DNA of 64,000 nucleotides from Isurus oxyrinchus. Lineage: Eukaryota. Numbering within the stretch: the first letter of the stretch is position 1; each line of letters begins with the position of its first letter. Made by a program: the position numbers and the translations under genes. This document shows positions 54,850-64,000 of this stretch, piece after piece. The DNA is taken from NCBI GenBank assembly GCA_026770705.1, contig JANJGN010000017.1, positions 43,772,001-43,836,000 of the forward strand. Direction: 5' to 3'. The notes under the pieces were generated by a model. The model made no database searches, was not told where the DNA came from, and worked only from the letters and a program-made list of their open reading frames with translations.

Positions 54850-56700
54850 AGACATGTTGAACCTTTTCTTCTTGCACTCAGCAGGACATTTCACAGGAAT
54901 ACCAATTAAGGGGAAAACAACAATTTATCCTGTATGTGAAGAGATTGCTGATTGGTTGGCAAGTGGACTCTGATTGATGGAGGTGTTGCCATGGAGAATG
55001 TACCAGTGATAGTGACTGACAGTTAATTGCCCAGCATGGTTTGAAATTTAAATCCAGTAGCTTGACCCTGATTGGTCAAAGCATTGCCCTGAGGAATGAG
55101 TCAGTGAATGGCTGTCACTTATTTTGTTTAGCTGCAACAGGTACAATGTGTGTACATGTTCTTTCTGTCTGCAAAGATTGGGCTCTATGAGTTAATATCT
55201 GAAACTTACAGTACATGCAAATGCACCATGCTGTGAACCTGGCTGACAATCTTAAAGTAGTTGTCAGAGTAATGCTTAGCACAATGAGGATTATTTAGCA
55301 AATAGTGTACAATCACAGAGTCACATCCAACATTGGACACTGTGTTTTGAGTTTTGGAAGCATGGGCTGGTTGGGTACAGCCTGCACCTTGACCATTGTG
55401 AACAGTGGCTAGGACATGCAGTTCGATAGGATCTGCCAGTCTTTGAGACTTACAGCCTCTATACCTTGCATCACACTGGCACTGAAATTCATATACCACA
55501 TTACTCATTTGCATGATAGACAGAACATGTTTTTGTCTTGACGGCAGCATCCAGTTAGTGGCGCATACCACTCGTGTTGCTACTGTATAGCAGCAGCATG
55601 AAACAGCAAGATTCACCTGTTGTTCAAATTTCTGAGATATCTTGCCTTCCAGGGTAATCTGAGGTAGACTGAGCATTTTCCAGGGCCGAATGTGGCTGCC
55701 TTGGGCCCTTTCATGAGTTTGCGTAATATTGAGTGTGAAACATTCTGATCAGGGTAGCCATTATCCAGCAGGATGCCTTTGATCTGCCCTATTTCAGCAC
55801 CAAGCTTGCACAGTGAGCAAATAGTTAACCTATTTACAAGGTTAACAGTAAGACCAATTATATAGCATGTGGAACTGTAAGAACCCCAGCGCTTATATTG
55901 GCTAGTGAAGGTAGGCTTGCGGTAGACCATGGTAGAGAACCCCCGGCAAGTTTCTCAATGAGTACATCAAGGAAAAAGGAGTTAATTTGACTGCTCTGTT
56001 TCAAAGGTGAAATTGAGTGCAGGATGGAGCTCATTAAGACATGTAAGGAAATTGTTACGTGCAACTGTGGATTTAAATGTAGCAAATGTATCATCCACAT
56101 ATTGGAAAGGTGTGAGGGATAGAGGTTAGATGTCATTCCATCAAAAACACATTTCTCATGGAACCCAAAATTTTTTTTGTGAGAACTGGGCCCAGAGGGG
56201 ATCCCACGGGAACACCTTTTTTAGGGTATGCACGGTGTCATTAAAATTGAACTCCACTGCATGGGTTACCGAGTTCATAAGTTCAATGAATACTGATTCA
56301 GGCAATAATGGCAGTCTAGATCACAATGAAATAGTGCTGCAGTCCAAATATCTCTGGTTTCCTTAAATGGAATATTGGTGAATAGGCTTGCAATGTCAAA
56401 TGAGCAAATGGACACAGCAATGCTATCGATATGCAAGTTCTGTAGGCCTTTGCAAATGTAAAGGAATCCTTTACTATCTATGTAGAAAACTTGGTCAAAA
56501 CTAGTTGTAACAATTCACCCAACCATTTGGCCAATTCAGGTTGTGCATCGATAAGAGAGGGAGTGAAGGGACATCACTTTTGTGTGTCTTGGGCATCCAA
56601 TGCATACACGGACGTAGCTATCAGTGAGGACGAACCCTGTCATATATATCACTCGATAGCTCATCGCTCTTACACAAGTCCGGCAAGTGTTATTTTAGCT
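54850..56700 (-). mobile_element. Degenerate Penelope-like retroelement (RT + GIY-YIG endonuclease)
   Basis: Minus-strand RT motifs SFDIASLFTNIP (~56368-56403), GVPVGSPLGP (~56187-56216), YVDDTFA (56081-56101), VYRKPT and L.NGYP. GIY-YIG-like NVVYEFQCQCDARYRG in ORF 55206-55676. Multiple frameshifts; ends approximate. Confidence 0.9.
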
Positions 56701-56719
56701 TCCTTTTGGGTAGCTTGAG

Positions 56720-56785
56720 CTTATTGAAGGTGGAGCAGGTTGTTCCACCAAATGGCCTACTCCTGCTCCTATTTCTCCTCATGTA
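56720..56785 (+). mobile_element. Short CR1-type 3' UTR remnant
   Basis: ggagcagg...aaatggcctactcctgctcctatttc resembles CR1 3' tails. Recognised from memory. Confidence 0.45.
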
Positions 56786-56896
56786 GAAGTTATGTTGATT
56801 GTAAACAATGTTGCAGATTACAATTTTCAAAGAAATGCAATGAACTTCTATCATTCAGAAGTAAGTGAATACATTTTTTGAAGGGATTTTCCGTAC

Positions 56897-56923
56897 CTGT
56901 TGTTGTAGCTTCAGTCGTCATTG
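56897..56923 (-). CDS. First stalk micro-exon after the CUB domain (AMTTEATTT)
   Basis: ttttattgttttag|CAATGACGACTGAAGCTACAACAACAG|gtacgg, 27 nt, phase 1-1, compatible with the phase-1 end of the CUB exon. Confidence 0.7.
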
Positions 56924-57409
56924 CTAAAACAATAAAAATAAATGCATAAGTAACAAGAATATTTTTCATACACGTTCAAGATTCAAACTTGATTTGATCT
57001 TTCTGAACAGCATTAGAGAAAGAATGACCAGGTCTGATATAATTTTGTGCCAACTGATGTAAATCACTTGTCCTTTCTCTTCTTAGCACCATTAGTGACA
57101 CCAATAAGGGAATCCCCTATCTGACATGTTGGGAAGGATGGGGAATCTATGGACAGATACTAGGTACCTCTTGCTGCAGAAAAGAGGTTCTATGCTACAT
57201 GCCAATAGACAAAAAGTTGAAAGGACATAACGTTAATTTTCTTGAGGATATTTTTCATATCTATTGCCCATGCTGTATCTGTCTCTGTCAAAATAATAAT
57301 TGCAGAAGAAACAGGAATATTTTTCACATTTGTTCAAGCCCAAACTTTATTTGATGTTTTTGAACAGGATTAAAGAACGAAGAGTGACCAGGACATTTCT
57401 GTCCCCCTC

Positions 57410-57504
57410 TTATATGCCAAGTGCATTATTTGAATAGGACTTTGGATAATTGGGACTGAGAACAGCCACATCGGCAGTATCAAGATACCCTCCACAAGAT
57501 CTAC
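57410..57504 (-). pseudogene. Frameshifted duplicate of CUB exon A (GRSCGGYLDTADVAVLSPNYPKSYSNNALGI*)
   Basis: Paralog of 63016-63163 with an intact acceptor. One AATGCAC repeat (7 nt) is lost, giving a frameshift and TAA. The flanking intron ~57505-57860 is homologous to ~63165-63520. Confidence 0.8.
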
Positions 57505-58729
57505 CTGTTCAAAGTAAGGAAATGGATAAGTTCATGTGGTGCAATACATGGTAAAAGAACAATCTATTTTAATTTTATTCTCTGCCAAAATTATTTGCCA
57601 AATTTCCCAACCATTTGAACAGGAACAGGTTGTACAGACACTTGAGCCTGTTTCACCATTTATTAGGATCATGGATCATTTTCCTTTTCTCTTAATATTT
57701 CTTAAATCCATTCACTACTTGTTGATATAACGTTCCACAGCTACTGGTCACCCGTCAGCATGTTTATATCACTGTTGATTGTCTTGACATTGATTGGTTA
57801 CAGGTTAATTATTGGGTCAACACAGTTGAGCCTGATTCTGATTTCACCAGGTGCCCATGCACACGGACTACCAATGATAGCAAGTGGGAAACCTGATTGG
57901 ACCTCTTTATTAACTTCACCAGCCTATCTGGGTATTGAAGCCAAAGCAGCCCTACCATTGAATTGGCCGAGACCACATAACCAATTTGTCAACCAAAGCT
58001 GGGAATTTCCAGTTTGTATGGTTCACCTATTAACTGAATAAACGTGCACAGAGATTGTTTGAGTCAGATATATATTCTAATGTATAGAAATTTACAAAAA
58101 TAAATGACATAAGATCTTGACTCTGGTTGGTTACAGAGAGTATTCCGCATATCAATCTTTTTGTTCCCATTGAACAAAAGATGCATGTTCTGATTTTTAG
58201 ATGTGAATGTTAATCTTGGATCATCAAGGAATGGACATTCTGCAGCAATTTGACATTTCTCATCAAATCCAGTCTACTGTGGCCTTTTTTAAATGATTTT
58301 TTTCCTTATACATACAGTATGAGATTTTCAATGTTAGGAAGTAAAGTAGTTTGGAATATTAGTTGTCTACGAAGTAATGTTTAGTCATTGTTGATTTTTA
58401 GTTTGTTTCTTACAGTAAATGTCTTAAAACCTGAAATCTTGTATGATCCTTTGAGTTGGCACTGGCAATTCAGTCTCTTTTTAAAGGTTATGTGTCTCTG
58501 CAGGTATAGTAATACTCTCAATCAATCAGCAGTGCCATTTGTCAGTGCACGATTGGACCATAAATTATAGACACCTGTGTTCAATCGCTTGATATGAGGA
58601 GAAAAACAATCTGGATATTAAATATGTAAATATATACAGAAAAAAGCCAAAAACAGTTTACATTTGATCATATCATGTGAATATTTTTTGTTGCATTTTT
58701 AATCTTCCTGAGGACACTTCAGAAATTTA

Positions 58730-59040
58730 TAGTCTAGAAATTGTTGTGTCCCATGAGCTGGGACATGTTTCTGAAATGAGCAAAATTTATTTATTAATTT
58801 AATATCACCTTCGTGAAACCTCATCCTGCCCATGGATGAGACTTCATGCTAAATGCAAAGGGCACTTGGGTTCTTCGCCTGCCTGCCAACCTTAAGGTTG
58901 GATGGGCAGCGTTCAGAATTAGTTTAATTAGTTTATTAATGGAGTTAACAGGCCTTTGATACCTGATGTCACCACGCGTCACATTACGTGTCGGCGCGCA
59001 GGCCTCGCGATGTGAAAATTTACGCCGAAATTTCTGCCCA
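58730..59040. mobile_element. Non-autonomous DNA-transposon/MITE-like fragment related to 63522-64000
   Basis: Shares catgagc.gggacatgt, ccc.tggatgag and ccaacc.taaggttgg with the element at 63.5-64 kb, and ends in aaatttctgccc. Confidence 0.5.
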
Positions 59041-59509
59041 TTCTTCTGCCCACAGAGATAATACTATCCACTCCCCCCAATTCTCACATCAGTTTTAAGT
59101 GTGTGTCTTGGGTGTTCTTGGGTTTGACTAGAAATCCACTGTTAGTGGTGCGTATGACTGCAAGAAGCGAGCAGTGCGTGACCCCAGAATACCAGGTTCA
59201 AAAGGCAATCAATCACGGAGGGATCACCAGGGAGGAAGCTACAAAATTTGGCCTTGAAAAACCACCTCCTTTCCACAACATGGGCACTAACCGAGCCCCT
59301 GAGAAAATTTCCACTTCGTTACACTTAGTCAGCCTAATGCCTCCACCAGAATTTCCACAGTTATATATCTGCACCCATATTTCTATCTATGTTCTCTCTG
59401 TGACATGTACTTGTATAAATGCAAGGGTGCATTTCATTATCTGCTCTTGTCTACACACTGCTCTTTGTCTGCAATTGCCTGACAATTTCCAGAAAGCCTT
59501 TGAAACGTT

Positions 59510-60350
59510 ACATATTTAAGCTTGAGACTAAAATCAGAAGATGTGGAGTCAGGGGACCAGTAGCAGAATGTATAGCAAGCTGGCTACAAACGAGACAACA
59601 GAGAGGAGGGACTTAATGTAGTTATTTGTATTGGTAAAAGGTGGGAGCTGTTGTTTCACAGGGAACAGTGCTGCAACCACTGTTTTTCACAAGTATATAA
59701 ATGTGGTACAGAAACAGAGGGATCTGGTGATACAGATACACAAATCACCAAAAGATGACCTTGTGGTTTATTGAAAAGTAGAGGCATTATGGTAAACTTG
59801 GATAGAGCTTTAGTTAGACCCCACTTGGAGTGTTGTGAATAGTTCCTATCTCCATATTATAACAAGGATATAGAGGCACTGGAGAAGGTGCAAAAATGTT
59901 TTTCTAGGATGATCCCAGGATGGGGAGATTCTACCTATCAAGAAAGATTGAGCAGCCTGGGACTTTTTATTCTGGAAGCGAAAAGACTAAATGGCAGCCT
60001 GATAGAGACCTTTAAGATTATGGAAGATTCGGATAGCATAGACATAAGATTAATGTAGAGGGGATGCTCCCACATGAGACCAAAACTGAAGACTATGGAT
60101 ATAAGATGGCTGTTAATCAGTCCAATAGGGAAATCAAAAACTGCTTCGTTCTTAGAGTGGTTAGAATGTGACTCTCACTATAAGGAGTAATTAAGGTGAA
60201 TAGCATAGATACATTCCAAGGTAAATTAGATGAGGACATAAGGGAGAAAGGGATAGAAGGAAAGTTGATGAGTTTAGATGAAAAGGAGTGGGAAGAGTTT
60301 TGTGTGGAGCATAAACACTGGCATGAACCAGTTGGCCTATTTCTGAACTG
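59510..60350 (+). mobile_element. Degenerate CR1-clade LINE (ORF2 3' part and 3' UTR)
   Basis: Remnants such as agaccccacttggagt (RPHLE), aaggatatagaggcactggagaaggtgcaa (KDIEALEKVQ), agagtggttagaatgtg (RVVRM) and FQGKLD. Confidence 0.8.
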
Positions 60351-61199
60351 TAAGTACTTCGTAATTTCTCAAAATAATTGGAGGTAATTTGCTGTCTGGC
60401 CATGTACTCTCCTTTTTTTACTTTTAGTTTAGGTGAACCCGGAATAAAAATTTGCACAGTAGAGATGGAAACATATTTTGCACAGAGCAGTGTTTTAGCC
60501 AAACAGACCCAGACCAGTGGGTTTTCATTGTCTCAGTTGACAACCATTTTGTGAGCTCCCAACACTATAGCAGCCAAACTCTGCATCAACTAATTCTGTG
60601 ATTTTCTTTGAGAATTGGTGGAATCAATAAGGTGCTGGATGTGAAACTCAGAGGTGGAACAGATTGGGATTCTCAAAATCAGCTTTTTCAGTTTACTTAA
60701 GGCAAATTTACTATGTCATAGCACTGACAATAAATGTTAACTACATCTCCAAACAGAATGAAATATAAAACTACACACTTCGCCTTCAATCTTTCCTAGG
60801 AGTGGATATATTTTTAAACTTGCTTTCTGAGTAAATCAAGAGGAAAGCCAGGAAGAGTGTTCATGAAAAGACAAATGTGGCTACAACTACTTTGAAAATG
60901 TAGGATACATTCTCAACTCGTTGCTGTTATGTGAAACTTATGCTTTGATAGAAATCAATGGAAACATCAATCAGGCTGCTTCTATAATGATTGTCCGACT
61001 GCAGGACCTGAATTATACCTGGGTGCTAAGTTGAAAATCTATGTATATTTGAATGTTTTGGCTACATTTCTAATTAAACATACTTACAAAGACCTTTTAA
61101 TTGAATTTCAATGGGTTAAGATACATCAAGTCCTAATTTCTCTACATTTCTTCTAGTTTAAAGTACATTTCAATTTTGAGACAAATATACAAAGCTCAC

Positions 61200-61408
61200 C
61201 GGTATCATTTCGCAGAGTGTAGTAGTTTGCAGCAAACCCACTTTTAGTAACACTGGAATCAGATCTAAAATAAATTGTCATACTGTTCGATGATGATACA
61301 AGTTTCTGATATGGCCAGGAGCAGAATTTAGAAAGCAAAACTGAATTTGTTGAGGGCCCATCATATATTGCAATATATTCAGATGAGCACTCTGATGTAT
61401 ATTCCAGC
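61200..61408 (-). CDS. CUB domain exon B of a DMBT1/CUZD1-like gene
   Basis: tctcaacag|G...ACCG|gtgag, 209 nt, phase 2-1. Encodes LEYTSECSSEYIAIYDGPSTNSVLLSKFCSWPYQKLVSSSNSMTIYFRSDSSVTKSGFAANYYTLRNDT, the canonical C-terminal half of a CUB domain. Confidence 0.93.
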
Positions 61409-61577
61409 CTGTTGAGAGAATGACCATATTTTGAAAGTGAATGTTGCAGTAAAACATTTTTTAATCAACTGACTTAATAAATTAGGTAATTGTAAGTATG
61501 TCTGCAGGTATTAGCACTGTAAGTACATGTTTCAGGTCGTAAACAGCATAATAAAATATTGGACAAGTTAAAGTGGA

Positions 61578-61755
61578 AGACTTGCATTGAAATAATACTT
61601 TTCACGACCATCAGCTGTCTCTCAAAGCACGTCACAGCCAATTAAATGCTTTGGAAGTGTAGCCCTTGTTGTAATGTAGGGGACATGGAAGTCAAGTTGC
61701 GCACAGCAAATTTCCACAAACTGCATTATGGCAACAACCAGACAATCTGGTTTGG
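61578..61755 (-). mobile_element. DeuSINE/SacSINE1-like SINE 3' fragment
   Basis: gacttgcatt...acagccaat...gaagtgtag...ttgtaatgtagg...ttgcgcacagcaa matches my recollection of shark DeuSINE tails. Not database-checked. Confidence 0.55.
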
Positions 61756-62053
61756 TGCTGTTGATTATCCTTATGTTTTATTAACTTATGTTTTGCTTTA
61801 TGTTCTTATGTTTTGCTTTCACAGTGCGCCGACCCATGTTCTGCTATTAACACATTTCAGTATCTTACCTTTAAGCCACTATTAGCAGCTTCTTTATCTT
61901 TGAAACTACTATTAACATTCCCCTTATCTTGTGTCCATGACATCTTTGTCAAACCTCTCCTGAACTGCTAACTATCTCCAACTTTACATTTTGCTCCACC
62001 TATACCACCACTCCTCCCGCACAACACCCACCCCCACCATCACTACCATAAAC

Positions 62054-62564
62054 CTACATCTCTTCAGCCCTGAAGAAGAGTACTACAAACTCGAAACGTT
62101 AAATCTGTTTCTCTCTACACAAATTGTGCCTGACCCTGTGTTTTTCCAGCATTTTCTATTTGTATTATATTTGATCCAAGTCAGATTTGTCTGCCAGTTT
62201 CTTTGGTCTGTTTTTATTTCATGAGCTTATATTTATTGCAATAAGATTTCTGTCACTGAAATAAAAACAGAAAACTCAGCATGTCCGGCAGCAACCGTGG
62301 AGAGAGAAACAGAGTTAATATTTTGAGGCTATATGACTCTTCTTCAGAGCAAAAGAGGAAGAACATTTCTACATCTCTTCAGCCCTGAAGAAGAGTACTA
62401 CAGACTCAAAACATTAACTCTGTTTCTCTCTACACAAATTGTGCCTGACCCTGTGTTTTTCCAGCATTTTCTGTTTGTATTATATTTGATCCAAGTCAGA
62501 TTTGTCTGCCAGTTTCTTTGGTCTGTTTTTATTTCATGAGCTTATATTTATTACAATAAGATTT
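62054..62564. repeat. 196-bp direct repeat (62054-62249, 62369-62564) flanking an inverted fragment of the same element family; contains hammerhead-like motifs
   Basis: Exact 315-nt offset between the copies. The spacer reads on the minus strand CTGAAGAAGAGTCATATAGCCTCAAAATATTAACTCTGTTTCTCTC. Confidence 0.85.
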
Positions 62565-63015
62565 GTCCATCTTTCCTATCTCTACCTGAGGAATTCGTCC
62601 ATATCGTGTTGCACACTCCCAGATTTCTTTACACTTGTTACCTGATCACATCAGTAAGTTTTGTAACAATTGACAGCTAATCTTTAACTGAGCACCAGTC
62701 ACACAGTGAAAGATCTCAAATCAGATGTTTTAGTTAGCCAAATGAGTTTTATTTTACTATGAAACCTTACAGCTTTCTATAATATTGTTTCTTGTCAATA
62801 AAATGGAGAATACCTTCTTGCTGTTTTCCTGAAGGGTATATTTCAGTTTAAAGTATCACTTTGGGGCCCGAAATTTCTGAAACTCAAATTCAAATTACTG
62901 GTCTCCCTCGAGTATTCATTCAAGTTAAGTGAATCTGTTAGAAATGGTTAATTGGCAGCAAGAACTTCTGTCATTCATTAAATTAAAATACGAAAGTGGA
63001 AAGATTTTTACTTAC

Positions 63016-63163
63016 TCAATGTATGTGAATTCCAGCTTTATTCTTTCATTTCCATTCCTTCTAATATACCAAGTGCATTGTGCATTATTTGGATAGAAGT
63101 GTGGATAATTGGGACTGAGAACAGACCCATAGGCAGCATCAAGATACCCTCCACAAGATCCAC
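63016..63163 (-). CDS. CUB domain exon A of a DMBT1/CUZD1-like gene (upstream exons lie beyond the right edge)
   Basis: tgttgatag|GTGGATCT...ACATTGA|gtaagt, 148 nt, phase 1-2. Encodes GSCGGYLDAAYGSVLSPNYPHFYPNNAQCTWYIRRNGNERIKLEFTYI(E) and splices in frame to exon B. Confidence 0.93.
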
Positions 63164-63521
63164 CTATCAACAGTAAGGAAATGGGTAAGTTCACCTGTGT
63201 AATACTGGTTAAAGAACAAACTATTTTCTTTTTGTTTCCCTCCCAAAATTATTTGTCAATTTTCCTGAACATAAGAAATTTAAACATGAATAGGACATCG
63301 AGGCCCTGGAGCCAACAATGCCATTCATTATGATAATGGATAATCTTCCTTTTCTCATAATCTTTCTTAAAACCATTCACTCCTTGTTGCAATAATGTTC
63401 CACAGCTACTGGTCACCAATCACCATGTTTATGTCACTGTTGATCTTTTAGTCAGTGATTGTTCACAGTTTAATTATCTCAGCTGAGGCTGATTCTGATC
63501 TCACCAGGTTTCCATATACAG

Positions 63522-64000
63522 GGGGGATGAATTTCCCCTCGTCGGGCGGGCGCAGCTGGCAGGCCTGGGAAAGGCCGGGAAATGGTCAGTTGCCCACGAT
63601 CGGGCCCTGACCGTGATTTCACGTTGGCTGGCCAGTTAATAGCCATCCAGGTGAAACACGTGCCGAAAGCCTCAGTGCTGCTGGGGTGAGGGTGGGAGGG
63701 GCACGAGCGCTGAAGTTTGTGCATGCGCGGTGGTGTGCTCACTGAAAGCACAGAACTGCCTCAGAGAGCTGAAGATTTTAACATCAAAATTAAAGAATTT
63801 TAAAATAAGGAAAACATGTCCCCTCATGTGATTCTGTCACATGAGCAGGGACATGTCAAGGATGAGTTTTAAAATTTTTATTCTTTATTTAATCAATGTT
63901 CGAAAGGTCATCCCACCCGTGGATGAGGTATCGCAAAAAATCCAGAGGCCACTTGGCCGATTCACCCACCCACCAACCGTAAGGTTGGCCAGGCAGCGAT
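63522..64000. mobile_element. GC-rich non-autonomous DNA-transposon/MITE-like insertion
   Basis: Starts abruptly (ggggatgaattt) where homology with the paralogous intron at ~57860 breaks off. CpG-rich and related to 58730-59040. Confidence 0.55.

Noticed and set aside
61200-63163. Assigning the symbol DMBT1 or CUZD1
   Set aside because: Only one CUB domain is visible and the downstream architecture differs, so orthology cannot be established from this window.

Overview
Vertebrate genomic DNA. The CR1, L2, DeuSINE-like and Penelope repeats suggest a cartilaginous fish, which is an inference. The minus strand carries the 3' part of a DMBT1/CUZD1-like CUB-domain gene. It has two intact CUB exons (63016-63163, 61200-61408) and a frameshifted copy of the first CUB exon (57410-57504). 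These are followed by a ~54-kb tandem array of ~2.7-4.0-kb units (core period ~3.2 kb) that runs off the left edge. Nearly all ORF-track entries in the array are spurious or CR1-derived. Reading splice sites by hand instead shows 48 symmetric phase-1 micro-exons of 21, 24 or 27 nt that encode Ser/Thr-rich peptides ([25 protein letters not shown] and others). Each of the 17 complete cassettes also has a 62-nt hydrophobic exon and a short stop exon, together giving a GPI-signal or membrane-anchor-like C-terminus ([24 protein letters not shown]). The main hypothesis is a surface CUB protein whose mucin-like stalk length (about 25 to 390+ aa) depends on which repeated anchor/terminal cassette is used. 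All exon calls are predictions from splice signals and reading phase; there is no transcript evidence here.
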